Shown piece after piece: positions 51,117 to 61,841 of a DNA stretch of 64,000 nt; position 1 is the stretch's first letter, and every line of letters starts with the position of its first letter. Source of the stretch: an uncultured Candidatus Rokubacteria bacterium (GTDB lineage Bacteria > Methylomirabilota > Methylomirabilia > Rokubacteriales > DASRDR01); NCBI GenBank assembly GCA_963805625.1, contig CAWDVE010000014.1:1-64000 (forward strand), given 5' to 3'. The position numbers and the translations under genes were made by a program. The notes beneath the pieces were generated by a model. That model did not search any database. It was given only the letters and a program-made list of their open reading frames with translations, and was not told the origin of the DNA.

Positions 51117-51245
51117 TCACCGCAGGCCGAGCTGGAGCTTCGCAGCCTCCGACATCCCACTGGGATCCCACGGCGGGTCGAACACGATCTCGACCTTGAG
51201 GTCAGTCACCCCCAGAATCGCCCCGACGCACTCTTCGGTCTCGGT
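51117..51245 (-). pseudogene. C-terminal remnant of a DUF59/SufT-like Fe-S assembly protein
   Basis: GVTDLKVEIVFDPPWDPSGMSEAAKLQLG. Confidence 0.65.
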
Positions 51246-51300
51246 GGGGACGAGGCGGGGCGAGACGAGGAAGAGGGCGGCGATCAGGCCGGCGGCACGA

Positions 51301-51912
51301 TCATACCCGCTCCGTCAGCCAGCCGAACCAGCTCGGCCACCGAGCCTGCCCGCATCTTCTCCATGACCTGGGCGCGATGTACCTTGATCGTCTTTTCGAC
51401 CACGCCGAGCTCGAAACGCGATCTGCTTGTTCAGCATGCCGGTCACGACGAAGGCGAACACCTCCGTCTCGCGCTGAGTCAGCATCTTGGTGCGCTCATG
51501 GATGCTCGCGAGGCGGGCCTCCGCGGCCCGATCCCGGAGGTCCTTCGCCAGGGCCCGCTGAATGGCTGCCAAAAGCTCCTTGGCATCGACCGGCTTGGTG
51601 AGCAGATCGACCGCCCCGTGCTTCATGGCCCTGACGCTCCCGGGGACGTCGATGTGGCCCGTGACGAACACGATGGACATCCGGCGCCCCGCGCCCGCCA
51701 GCGCGTCCCGCAAGTCGAGCCCGCTCAGGCCGGGCATCCGCACGTCCAGCACCAGGCAGCACGGACCGGCATACCGCTCACGCGCGCCAGGAACTCGCGG
51801 GCGGACGCCAACCCCTCGACCTGTACCCGGCCGATCCGATCAATCGAGCCAAGCTCCTCTGCACGGAGGTGTCATCGTCCACGACGAAAGCCAGCGGCGC
51901 GACCGTGGTCAT
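51301..51912 (-). pseudogene. FixJ/LuxR-family response regulator, frameshifted
   Basis: FVVDDD, LDVRMPGLSG, FVTGH, KPV, LTQRE..V...VTGMLNKQIA, KTIKVHR in shifted frames. Confidence 0.85.
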
Positions 51913-52190
51913 GACTTGTCCTCGGCGCCCGCTAGCACCGTGAAATGAAAGGTCGCCCCCCCGTGCACGTTGTTGGCGGCGCCCAGGCGGCCGCCATGCG
52001 GGTCGACGATTGTACGCACGATGGTCAGGCCCATGTCCAGTCCCTCGGTCTTGGTGGTGTATCGCGGTTGGAACATACGCTCCAGGTCCTTGTCGTCGAC
52101 GCCAGTCCTGAGTCCTGCACCTCGACCTGGCCGGCGGCCGCGCCCTCCCGGGCCGTCCGGATGACGAGGGTCCGCTCACCCGCGCCGGCT
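51909..52190 (-). pseudogene. HATPase C-terminal remnant of a FixL-like sensor kinase
   Basis: VQDSG / ERMFQP.YTTKTEGLDMGLTIVRTIV.PHGGRL...GATFHF. Stop overlaps the regulator start (ATGA). Confidence 0.7.
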
Positions 52191-52231
52191 CTCGCATGGC
52201 CTCGTGGTACAGGATGCCAGAGCTTGCCACG

Positions 52232-52906
52232 TCAGCCGCGTCGTGTTCGACGCGTCCAAAGACGATATCCTCCAAGGAACGCGTGCGCGTTCGATCCCAG
52301 GCGGACTCCGGGCAGCCGGCCGTCGAGTTTCTTGGCGTTCCCGCCACCCACGACGACATCGTCGGCCTGAAACGCCGCTTTGAATCGCATCACGACATCG
52401 ATGACATGGCGTCGCCACTTCTTCTTCCCGAGTCGCTTCCGTCCCGCATCGCCGATGTACTCCTCGTAGGTGCGTCCCTTCCGATACGGAAGGTGCGCAA
52501 GCTCCATCGATTCCAGCACCCCGTCGACGATTAGCGCGGAGCCCAGACCGGTGCCCAAGCCGAGAAACAACATGCGCCCGCCCCGATAGCTGCCCAGCGC
52601 CTGCATGGCCGCGTCGTTGATGATTTTGACCGGACGGCCGAACGCTTTCGTGAAGTTGAAGCCGACCCACCCGGGCCCGAGGTTCTTCGGCTCGGCCACC
52701 GGCTTGCCGTCCACCACCGGTCCGGGGAATCCGATCGACACCGCATCGAACCTCCAGCCCGCGGTGGCCTTGCGCACACGTCGCACCATATCCTTCGCCT
52801 TCATCGCCGGCCCTGACGGAATCTTGACCGGCACGCGGCGCCCCGTCACGAGCGCCTTGACGTGGGATCCACCCACATCAATGACCAAGATGCGCGTCAC
52901 TTTCAC
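52232..52906 (-). CDS. ppgK: ROK-family polyphosphate glucokinase
   Basis: IDVGGSHVK, GFPG, INDAAMQA, LGLGTGLGSA, MELAHL, VVGGGNAKK. Adjacent to ppk1. Confidence 0.8.
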   Translation of the reverse strand: MKVTRILVIDVGGSHVKALVTGRRVPVKIPSGPAMKAKDMVRRVRKATAGWRFDAVSIGFPGPVVDGKPVAEPKNLGPGWVGFNFTKAFGRPVKIINDAAMQALGSYRGGRMLFLGLGTGLGSALIVDGVLESMELAHLPYRKGRTYEEYIGDAGRKRLGKKKWRRHVIDVVMRFKAAFQADDVVVGGGNAKKLDGRLPGVRLGSNAHAFLGGYRLWTRRTRRG

Positions 52907-53237
52907 GTTCGGCTCGCCGCGGCCGGATAATTACGCCGTCCGGCTCGCGTCACGGCATCGTCGCCGTCCCGTCGGACACGTGCTGGCCCGAGATTCCCGC
53001 GCCCTGGGTACCGTGCTCGGCCCCTCGAGGCGCGCAGCACGAGGAGAAGCCGTTGAGCGTGAAGGTCAGCACGCCGGGCATCATGAATCAGACCGGTCGG
53101 ATGTCCTGTTGACACGTCGGATGGTAAGGAGAAACAGGTCAGCCGGGCATTCCTTCACTGAACGAAGAGGGGACGTCTTATCGACGCGTTGGACTCTGAA
53201 CGCGGTTGACAACCGGCCGCGGCGCGCGCGCCGCCCG

Positions 53238-55418
53238 TCACACCGGCTCGCGCCTGGCCGCGTGGCGATGCTCGATCAGCCAGCGCTGGCTCTCCAGGGG
53301 TTCCGTCCCCGGGTCCGGCTTCACCGGCTCATAGGTGCCGTCGGCCCGCAGGCGCCGGGCCTTGGCCGAGTCCGCCAGATAGGTGGCCAGCACATGGTCC
53401 CGCAGGTACCGGACGAGCCGCGAATCTTGGATGGGGAACAGGATCTCCACGCGGCGGTCCAGGTTGCGGGGCATCAGGTCGGCACTGCCCAAGTAGAGCG
53501 CTTCGCTCCCCCCGTTGCGGAAGTAGAAGACGCGGCTGTGCTCCAAGAAGCGGCCCACGATGCTCAGCACCCGGATGTTCTCGCTCAGTCCCGTGACGCC
53601 GGGCCGCAGTCCGCAGATGCCACGCACCAGCAAGTCCACGATCACCCCGGCCTTGGAGGCTTGGTACAGCAACTGGATCATCGGCTGGTCCACGAGGTGG
53701 TTGAGCTTGAAGATCAGGTGCGCGGGCTCACCCCGGCCGGCGCGCTCGATCTCCCGTTCGATCAGGGCCTGCAGGCCGGCCCGAAGGGTGAGCGGCGCCA
53801 CCAGGAACTTCTGATAGTCTCGCTTGGCCGAATAGCCGGTCAGGTAGTTGAACAGATCCGAGGCATCCCTCCCCAGAACCTCGTCGCAGGTCAGCAGGCC
53901 GATGTCCGTGTAGACCTGGGCGGTGATGGGATTGTAGTTGCCGGTGGACAGGTGCACGTACCGGCGGATGCGCTCGTCCTCCCGGCGAACGACCAGCGCG
54001 ATCTTGGAGTGGGTCTTGAGTCCCAACAGCCCGTAGACGACGTGGACCCCCTCGTGCTCCAGGGACCGCGCCCACTCGATGTTGCTCTCTTCGTCGAAGC
54101 GCGCCTTGAGCTCGACCAGCACCGCCACCTGCTTGCCGTTACCCACCGCCTCCAGCAAGGCTTCCACCACGGGTGAGTCGCCGCCCACCCGGTAGAGCGT
54201 CTGCTTGATGGCCAGCACCTCCGGGTCTCGGGCGGCCGCTTGCAGGAAGTCCAGGACCGGGGCGAAGGAATCGTAGGGATGGTGCAGCAGGACGTCCTGG
54301 CGCCGGATGGCGGCAAAGATCCCGCCCTCCCCGTGGAGAAGCGAAGGGATTGCGGGTCGAAAGGGGACATCCTTCAGATCGGGCCGATCCAGCGCGTACA
54401 GCTCTTTGAGGTCGCTCATGCCCAGCGGGGAGGTCACAGTATAGATGTCGGCGGGGCCGACCTCCAGGTTCTCCATGAGGATGTTCCGGCTGGCCGCCGT
54501 CATGGCGGGATCCATGGTGACGCGCACGACACCGCCGAAGCGTCGTTCCCATACGCTCCGCTCGACCGTCTCCAGGAGGTCCTCCGCCTCGAGCTCCTGA
54601 ATGGCCAGCTCGGCATCCCGCGTGACCCGGAAGGGGTGGACTTCGACGATGTCCATTCCGGGGAAGAGGCGATGCACGTTGGCGGCGATGATCTGTTCCA
54701 CCCAGACGAAGAACCGGGGTGGCCTCGTCGGGTTCTCCTCGGACGCCTCGCCCGGCACACTGACGGGCACGAGCCGCGGCAGGGTGGCGGGAGCCTTGAC
54801 GCGAGCAAACCCCTCGTGGCCCAGCGGATCACGGACGCGTACCGCCAGGTTCAGGCTCATGTGGGAGATGTGGGGGAAGGGTCGGCCCGGGTCGTAGGCC
54901 ATCGGCGTCAGGATGGGGAAGATCATCCGCTCGAAATACGTGTCGGCTTGAGCCCGGTGCGGGTCGGTCAACGTCGCGTAGTCGAGAATGTGGATGCCGG
55001 TCTCGGCGAGCAGGGGCAGGAGTTGACTCAGAACCTCCCGCGCGCCCTGCATCAAGTCGGTCGCCACCTGGCGAATGAGCGTCAGTTGCTCGGCCGGAGT
55101 CAGCCCGTCCATGGACCGCTCCACCACCCCGGCCGCCACCTGCTGTTTGAGGCCGGCCACACGCACCATAAAGAATTCGGCGAGGTTCGAGCTGACGATC
55201 GACAGGAACTTGACGCGCTCGAGGAGGGGATTCCGCTCGTCCTGGGCCTCCTCCAGCACGCGACGGAAGAACGCCAGGAGACTCAGCTCTCGGTTCAGGT
55301 ACAGGGCAGCGTCCCGCGGCACGGTGGGGACCGTGCGGCGCTTCGGTGGTCCGGCGGGGTCAGCCACACCTCCGTTCCGTGTGCTCCGGTCTGGAGTGAC
55401 TCTCTTCCGCCTCGGCAT
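53238..55418 (-). CDS. ppk1: polyphosphate kinase 1
   Basis: NRELS, PLLERVKF, EFFMVRVAGL, HHPYDSF, KQTLYR, ELKARFDEESN, KTHSK, STGNYN, GRFLEHSR, SADLMPRNLDRRVE. Confidence 0.97.
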   Translation of the reverse strand: MPRRKRVTPDRSTRNGGVADPAGPPKRRTVPTVPRDAALYLNRELSLLAFFRRVLEEAQDERNPLLERVKFLSIVSSNLAEFFMVRVAGLKQQVAAGVVERSMDGLTPAEQLTLIRQVATDLMQGAREVLSQLLPLLAETGIHILDYATLTDPHRAQADTYFERMIFPILTPMAYDPGRPFPHISHMSLNLAVRVRDPLGHEGFARVKAPATLPRLVPVSVPGEASEENPTRPPRFFVWVEQIIAANVHRLFPGMDIVEVHPFRVTRDAELAIQELEAEDLLETVERSVWERRFGGVVRVTMDPAMTAASRNILMENLEVGPADIYTVTSPLGMSDLKELYALDRPDLKDVPFRPAIPSLLHGEGGIFAAIRRQDVLLHHPYDSFAPVLDFLQAAARDPEVLAIKQTLYRVGGDSPVVEALLEAVGNGKQVAVLVELKARFDEESNIEWARSLEHEGVHVVYGLLGLKTHSKIALVVRREDERIRRYVHLSTGNYNPITAQVYTDIGLLTCDEVLGRDASDLFNYLTGYSAKRDYQKFLVAPLTLRAGLQALIEREIERAGRGEPAHLIFKLNHLVDQPMIQLLYQASKAGVIVDLLVRGICGLRPGVTGLSENIRVLSIVGRFLEHSRVFYFRNGGSEALYLGSADLMPRNLDRRVEILFPIQDSRLVRYLRDHVLATYLADSAKARRLRADGTYEPVKPDPGTEPLESQRWLIEHRHAARREPV

Positions 55419-56135
55419 CTAATCTCCGCTGGGGTCCCCGGTGATCTCCGGGCGGCCCAAAGGGCCCCACCCGTCTGGCGGGAGGCACCTCGCCGCCACG
55501 GTCGTCGTCTAGGATGACAGCACGTTCAAACGCTCGGGCTTTCGGGTTAGCTATAGGGTCTGCCTGGAGGATGACCCTCGACTCTCCGTCCAGGATAGAC
55601 GAGCCGGCGGCGGGCCGCCAAGGGGGGGCGTTGATCAGCCGCTACTCGGCCAGGTCCCGGCCGGAAGGACCGGGCATGTCGGATGGGCCACCGGTCTCGT
55701 CCCTTCAGACGTGGACACGCGAGGAGTTACGTTCACCTGGGAGGCCACTTACCCCCGGCCGGACGGGAAGTTCGAAGCCGCCGCCGACCAGACCTTCGAC
55801 AACGAAGCACCTTTCTGTGTCCATCAAGCGCGCCCGGTGGGCGAATTTCTGGAAAGACTCTTTCGCGGCGCGGACCGGGCCTGCGGCATGCGCTGGTCAA
55901 TGGGCTGGACGGGCGGCGGACCCTCACGCGGGGGTTCTGTTACCCGCGCCGCCGCGCCCTGCGTCGTCACTTCCGGGGTCGTGGTCGCCGCTTTGAGGCC
56001 AGCGTCGGCACCCGGGCCAGAAGGGATCCTCGCGAGTCATGCTGTTGAACTCCGACAACAATCTAACGGTCGAACGGGAAGGGAGGAGATCGCGGCTCGT
56101 ATGGTTGCTCTCGGGAGCTACTCGCGCTGCGACAG

Positions 56136-56585
56136 CTAGTCCGGAATCTCGGCCTCGACGAGCTGCGCCAGAAGGGTGAGCGACTCTTGCCAACCGAGAC
56201 AGCAAGCCTCAGGTGGAATGACGTCCGGGAGCCCTTCTTGCACGATGCTCAACTCGGTTCCGACGGACACCTTCTTCAGGGTGATCGTCGTCTGCATTTC
56301 GCCGGGCAGGGTCGGGTCGTCGAATTTGTCGGTGTGACGAATGCGCTCGTTTGGCACCAGCTCGAGGTATCTTCCGCCAAAGGCGTGTTGGCGGCCGCTG
56401 GTGAAGTTTGTGAACGACATCTTATACGTGCCGCCGACCTTGGCGTCCATGTGGTGCACCTTGCCTGTGAACCCGTTTGGCGGAAGCCACTTAGCCATCG
56501 CGTCCGCGTCGAGGAAGGCGCGGAAGATCTTCTCGGGCGTTGCACGCAGCACACGGTGAAACCGGACGGTGTTTGTCGGCATCAT
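56136..56585 (-). CDS. SRPBCC/AHSA1-family protein
   Basis: HRVLRATPEKIFRAF...KWLPP, VGGTYKMSF, YLELVPNERI, GWQESL. Confidence 0.9.
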   Translation of the reverse strand: MMPTNTVRFHRVLRATPEKIFRAFLDADAMAKWLPPNGFTGKVHHMDAKVGGTYKMSFTNFTSGRQHAFGGRYLELVPNERIRHTDKFDDPTLPGEMQTTITLKKVSVGTELSIVQEGLPDVIPPEACCLGWQESLTLLAQLVEAEIPD

Positions 56586-56817
56586 CTGCTCCTTTCGTCG
56601 GGTCGTTGGTCCGTCGACGTCGACCACGGGCGATCCACGCGGGGCACATGGGTGCCTCCTACCACCGCATAGTCGAACGGGCCGGCCCGAGATCGACAGC
56701 CCCGATGGGAGGCGCGGTCCTCGCGGGGTGGAGGGGGTCGGCATCTCGGAGTGGCCGACTGCCCGGCGACGCCGCCACGGACTCGCCGACTTGGTGACGC
56801 GGCCCACTCGCGGCCTG

Positions 56818-57215
56818 CTAGGCCTTCAACCCCTGGACGATCCGGCTGATCGCGCTCTTCGATAAGGCCCGGCCCTGCAGCAGCGGCTTCAGCGCGCCGC
56901 GGATCCGGCGCGTGTTCGCCCCGCACAAGTAGACCTGCAGGACGGCCTCGTTGACCTGCCGCATCCGCCGGGCGTAGGCCGGCAGGACCTGACTCTGCCA
57001 TTCGGTGGCGCCAGCGCCCGCGGCCTGCAGGCGTGCCCGGGGAACCGTCAGGGTCACGGCCCCCACCGGGCTGGTGATCGTGCGCCCCTTCGACCCGTGG
57101 CGATAGCCCACCCGCACTTCGCCCCGCGCGTACCGGGGCCCGAGCACCGCGGCGAGCTCCGCGCCCACGAGGTGCTCAAGTGAGAGAAGAGCGGTCTGGA
57201 CGCCATCGCGAAGCC
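56818..57215 (-). pseudogene. N-terminal fragment of an IS256-family transposase
   Basis: ELAAVLG.RYAR...GYRHG..RTI.SPVG...VPRAR, LPAYARR, YLCGANTRRI, LSKSAISR, then a stop. Confidence 0.85.
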
Positions 57216-57427
57216 GCGAAGATCGCGGGTTCCGCAGTGTCGGGCTGAAACGATCCCAGATTCTCAGTCGGCAGAGGTTCGGCGGCTCCGGCAGACGCAT
57301 GGGTCGTGTGACCAGATCCGGGCGCGAAGTGTAGCCTGTCGGTTTGATGGCTGCCCTCGAACGTACGCCACAGGTCATTGCGTCAGCGAACTAGTGCCCT
57401 GAGTACGAGTTCGGAGCAAGCAATCGA

Positions 57428-58381
57428 TCAGCAGGCTGTCGAAACAGGGGATGTCGCTGGCCCTTGATCGCCCCAGGCCAAAGACGCCCACCGCGGTCGC
57501 CGCGCCCGTTCTGATTCCACCACGACCAAGTAGCGCCCCGACCACGGAGTCGGCGTGCGATCCTTCCGCAGCGCCCACAACTGCCCGCCACGCGCAAGCG
57601 CGGCTTCGTAGTCGGCATCCAGCACACCGTACTTGTCGAGAAGCCGATTCAGCGTCGCAGAAATGCGAATGCATCCACTCGATGCGGCGGAGCCGAGTCG
57701 CGGCTCGAGTACATCGGGGTCTGTCGCATGCACTTGTAGCCGCATCGGGCTCAGTCCGCCATCACCCCAGGTGCGTTCGCCCATCACCCAGCCGAAGTCG
57801 AACACCCGCATGCCTTTGACACCATAGCCACGGATGCCGAACTCGTTGCGCGTGCCTTCCGCCCGGAAGTCCAGATGCGCGACGCTGTGCTCAAACACGC
57901 CCAGCGGTGTGAGGAAGTGTTCATAGCTGCCAGGACGTCCGGTGGAGGCAGGCGATGCACCGATGAAGTGCAGCGTGCCTTCACCGTCTCCCCAGTACAC
58001 GAGCGCGGCTTGCACCCTCGGACTACGGTCGACCAGCAGGACGTATTGAGCGGTCGTCTGCACCACGTTCGCCTTCGTCAGCGCCACCCCCAGTAGGCCC
58101 GCGTACGCGGCATGTTCCTTCTCGGGCAGATTCAGTCGTGGCCTGACCTCCCGCGCAAAGATCGGGGCCAGCTCGACACCCGATCGCACTGGCGGGGGCG
58201 TCGGGCTCGGCCCACTCGCCCCTTGTTCAGCGGCGGCTTGCGTGAACAGCAACAGCAATGCCCCAAACACCAAGCGACGCGTCGCGTTCACTCGTCCGGG
58301 GAACCACCGCGGGTCCCAACACAATCGGCTGCGCTCACGCTCGTAGCTGGGTCCATTACGGCAGCATCGAACCGGCCGCAC
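57428..58381 (-). CDS. L,D-transpeptidase-like exported protein
   Basis: ASTGRPG...TPLG, QVHATD...LG.AASSGCIRI (YkuD-type His/Cys motif). True start probably downstream, near 58290. Confidence 0.8.
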   Translation of the reverse strand: MRPVRCCRNGPSYERERSRLCWDPRWFPGRVNATRRLVFGALLLLFTQAAAEQGASGPSPTPPPVRSGVELAPIFAREVRPRLNLPEKEHAAYAGLLGVALTKANVVQTTAQYVLLVDRSPRVQAALVYWGDGEGTLHFIGASPASTGRPGSYEHFLTPLGVFEHSVAHLDFRAEGTRNEFGIRGYGVKGMRVFDFGWVMGERTWGDGGLSPMRLQVHATDPDVLEPRLGSAASSGCIRISATLNRLLDKYGVLDADYEAALARGGQLWALRKDRTPTPWSGRYLVVVESERARRPRWASLAWGDQGPATSPVSTAC

Positions 58382-58448
58382 ACCACGGGCGGCAATCCGG
58401 CGGATGAGTCATGCGGTGGCGATTATCCAGAAGACTACGATCCCTCGT

Positions 58449-59633
58449 TCACATGGACGAAGATCGCTTGCGTGCATCGGACGGCGGGGCGTCCCCAGCC
58501 CCCGCCGGAACATGGTCGTCAACGCCACGCGCCGTGGAGACCGCCAGGACATGGAGCACGTCCCTCAGGCTCAGGTACCCGACGAGGCGCCCGCTGTCCA
58601 GGACGGCGAGCCGGCCGAGCCCGTTGCGGGAGAGCTTTTCCAGCGCGTCGGGCACAGGATCTCCGGGTCTCGCGGTGAGCGCGTCAACAATCGGTAGCAT
58701 GGCCTCGCGCGCGCGAGTCGCGCGCCATTCCTCGCACGGCCGGTCGCCCAGCCGGTGGATGCCGAGGATCCCCACAAGCCGCTCGCCGTCCACCACCGGA
58801 AAGCTGGTGACGTGATGGTGCCAGAAGTACTCGTCGACGACCCGGTCGAGCGGCAGGTCGGCGGGGACGCTGATGACATCGCGGGTCATAACGTCACGGA
58901 CGGAGAGCGGGGCCAGCGCCCGCCGCCGCAAGAGCTGCTGGTAGCTACCTTCGGCGGCCTGGCGCAGGAACGACCCGATCAGAACGAACCAGAGACCGCC
59001 GAGGAATTCGCCGGTGAGGCCCCGAACGATCCCGAGCCCGATCAGCGCTAGGGCGACGATCGAGCCCGCCCGGCTCGCCACGCGTGTCGCCCACTGGAGG
59101 TTGCCCTTCGCCCGCCACAGCGCGGCGCGAAGCACGCGGCCACCGTCCAACGGAAGGCCGGGCACGAGGTTGAAGGCCCCGACTACTAGGTTTACGAGCC
59201 CAAGATAGCGAAGGATCGCGGCGAGCGTGGCCCGATCCCCGACCAGGGCGACGGTGACAAAGGCGAGACCGCCCAGGGCGAAGCTCGTGAGCGGGCCCAC
59301 AATCGCCATCCGGAACTCGACACCCGGGCTCTCCGGCTCGCGCTCGAGCTCCGACACGCCACCGAACGCATGGAGCGTGATCGCGGCCACTGGGAGCCCG
59401 TGACGCCGAGCCACGATGGAATGGGACAGCTCATGAAGGAACACCGAAACGAACAGGAGGAGCGCGGCAACAAGTCCGCTCACCCAGTATGTACGGGTTG
59501 GGACGTCTGGCAGGACCTGCGGAAAGTACCCAACGGAGAGACTCCAGGCGATCAGGCCGTAGATGGCAAGCCAACTGGCGTGGAGGCGGACCGGAATGCC
59601 AAAGACCCGAAACAGCGTCAGGGCTCCGCCCAT
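58449..59633 (-). CDS. site-2 protease (M50) with tandem CBS domains
   Basis: RBS AGGAGG. GIPVRLHASW, LHELSH (HExxH), FNLVPGLPLDGGR, VRDVMT CBS pair. Confidence 0.92.
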   Translation of the reverse strand: MGGALTLFRVFGIPVRLHASWLAIYGLIAWSLSVGYFPQVLPDVPTRTYWVSGLVAALLLFVSVFLHELSHSIVARRHGLPVAAITLHAFGGVSELEREPESPGVEFRMAIVGPLTSFALGGLAFVTVALVGDRATLAAILRYLGLVNLVVGAFNLVPGLPLDGGRVLRAALWRAKGNLQWATRVASRAGSIVALALIGLGIVRGLTGEFLGGLWFVLIGSFLRQAAEGSYQQLLRRRALAPLSVRDVMTRDVISVPADLPLDRVVDEYFWHHHVTSFPVVDGERLVGILGIHRLGDRPCEEWRATRAREAMLPIVDALTARPGDPVPDALEKLSRNGLGRLAVLDSGRLVGYLSLRDVLHVLAVSTARGVDDHVPAGAGDAPPSDARKRSSSM

Positions 59634-60345
59634 CGCAGACCCTCCTGGGAGAGTTGATGCGCAGCCCGCAAGGAAGCCGCAGTGCAATGGTACATCGCTC
59701 CGGGTCCTCACGGTAGGACGGCTCGCTCTCACAGCACGCAGGGGCGCGGCCGGTGTCGTGAGGCCAGAACGGCAGCGGACGGCCGCGACCAATGCGAGCT
59801 GATTGAGCACGGAGCAGCGAGACGTGGCGTCGCGTTCCGACCCTGCGGCTCGCCGCGATGGTTCTCGGCACACGGCCCGATCCGAACGTGATGCGCGTCC
59901 ACAGATGGACCGGCTCGAAGTCGGCAACGAGTGCAGCCCCGGTGTCGGACGGGGGAATCCGCAGGAGGAGGTCGCATTTCGCCCACTGGGGCGCACGATG
60001 ACGGAGCCGAGTGAGCAGCGTTTGTCCGTCCCATCCGCGGAGGTCGACGTTCCGCATACGGGGCACGTCGCCGGTTCTCTTCGTCCACAGCCGTCAGTGG
60101 TAACCTCAGCCACGCCCGTCGGCCCTCGCCATTGCCCGTGTGCCCAGCATCGTGCTGCGCCGGCTGGGTGGGGCACCCACGCCTCGGAGTGGCGAGACTG
60201 CCCCACTCAAGAAGACAATCCCGTCGGCCAAGATCCCAGAATCCCTAGCCTGTCATTCTTGGCACCTCCGTTGCTCGGGGAACATCTTGTCGGCGCAAGG
60301 GTCAGAAGCCTTGCAACGGAACCGGAGACAGAGAAGGAGGGTGCC

Positions 60346-60495
60346 ATGCTGTGGACCATTGCCGTGATTCTTCTGGTGCTGTGGGCGCTCGGCCTGGTCA
60401 GTTCGTACACGGCTGGCGGGTTGGTCCACTTACTGCTGGTCATCGCAATCATCGTCGTCGTGTTCCAGTTCATTAGCGGCCGCCGATCCCTCTGA
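60346..60495 (+). CDS. lmo0937-family (DUF5670) small membrane protein
   Basis: RBS AAGGAGG. MLWTIAVILLVLWALG...GGLVHLLLVIAII...SGRR. Confidence 0.88.
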   Translation: MLWTIAVILLVLWALGLVSSYTAGGLVHLLLVIAIIVVVFQFISGRRSL

Positions 60496-60629
60496 CGGCA
60501 TCGAGGCGAGGTGCGCGGTGGGGCTGAGGGCCGGGCGTGAAGTCCGTCAAGAATGACATGCGGCTCAAGTGACGGCAGCTGGAGTCGTCGCGACGGCAGC
60601 GCCCGAGAGCGCGCACGAGGAGGACTGTG

Positions 60630-60920
60630 ATGCGAACCAGTGGGGCCTTTGTCCTGGGAACGGTCATGGGGGCAGCCGTCGTATGGCTATGGGGACGGGA
60701 TATCGAGGAATACGTGGAGGAGAAGGCGCGAAGGGTGCGCTCGAAGGCCGCGAAGAGCGTTCGGGCGGTAGAGGAGAAGGCTGGGAAGGTGCTGGACCGT
60801 GGCGGAGATGCCCTGCGCCGGGTCGACGAGTTCCTGCAGGACACGAGGGAGGATGTCAGCGAGGCTCTCCGGGCAGGGCAGGAAGCGATGCGCTCGACAC
60901 CAGCAGCTAGAAAGGAATGA
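60630..60920 (+). CDS. YtxH-like small protein
   Basis: RBS GAGGAGG. FVLGTVMGAAVVWL TM segment followed by a charged coiled coil. Confidence 0.7.
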   Translation: MRTSGAFVLGTVMGAAVVWLWGRDIEEYVEEKARRVRSKAAKSVRAVEEKAGKVLDRGGDALRRVDEFLQDTREDVSEALRAGQEAMRSTPAARKE

Positions 60921-60942
60921 CCAGTACGGGAAGGAGAGCGCC

Positions 60943-61293
60943 GTGAAGCTAGAGACTGCAGCGAAGATCAAGTATGGAATCTGGGGTCTCATTTGTGGGG
61001 CCATCATCGCGATGATCATTGGCTTTGCGTGGGGTGGCTGGACAACCTTCAGCACGACGCAAACGAGAACCCAGGAGGCGGTGTTGGCGAGTCAGGCGGC
61101 GATCTGCGTCGCCCAATTCATGAAGGAGCCGAACCATGAAGCGAAGCTCAAAGAACTCTCGGACCTAGGTAGCTGGCAGAGAGCGGAGGCCATCGAAAAG
61201 GGGGGCTGGGATAGGATGCCAGGGCAAGAAAAGGCTGGCTATGCTGTAGCTCGGGCGTGCGCCGATGGGCTTGAGCTTCTCTTCAAGAAATGA
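60943..61293 (+). CDS. conserved hypothetical membrane-anchored protein
   Basis: RBS AAGGAG plus GTG. IIGFAWGGWTT...ICVAQF...GGW..MPG...VARAC. Confidence 0.75.
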   Translation: MKLETAAKIKYGIWGLICGAIIAMIIGFAWGGWTTFSTTQTRTQEAVLASQAAICVAQFMKEPNHEAKLKELSDLGSWQRAEAIEKGGWDRMPGQEKAGYAVARACADGLELLFKK

Positions 61294-61304
61294 GCGCGTC
61301 GCCC

Positions 61305-61480
61305 GCACCTTGCGCCGGCGGTCCCGGATGTCTTCGGCCGAAACCGCCTGGGCTCCCCCGGAAACGCGTACATGCTTCTCCATGTTGGACGGAACGCGTT
61401 GGACGTCTTCGCCCGGGTCTCCGGTCACTGCGATCACGGCCTTGCGGTGGTCAATCCACACACCCACGTCTTTCTGTGGC
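61305..61480 (-). pseudogene. N-terminal fragment of an eRF1-like/host-attachment-type protein
   Basis: VGVWIDHRKAVI...SNMEKHVR.SGG, truncated. Confidence 0.55.
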
Positions 61481-61841
61481 TGTGGCTGGTCCACCGGTGG
61501 CGCGCGCCTCCTCCCCGCGGCGCGGTCAGAGCGAGCTCCACACGGGCCACTTCAGAGGAGGGCAGCGCGCCGCGGCTTCGACGCAGACTGGAGACGCTGC
61601 GCCGTCCCGGAATCGATGTCGGGCGTCGAGACCATCGAACCCCAAGCGCCCACGCAGGAGAGATGGCACTGGACAGAATACAGCGACTTAGTTAGTAGCT
61701 CGCGGTCAGACGGAGACGAGTCCGGCGGGCGCAGCCGCCTCCGCCGGCGGTGTGATCGGCTCGTCTTGGCTCTCAGGGCCGTCGTCGCTCATGATACTGG
61801 CCTGCATACACGGATTCGTATCCGCTAGACCTGAGGACGCC

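Noticed and set aside
55514-56139. ORFs upstream of ppk1
   Set aside because: No recognisable domain or clear RBS. Possibly eroded DNA.
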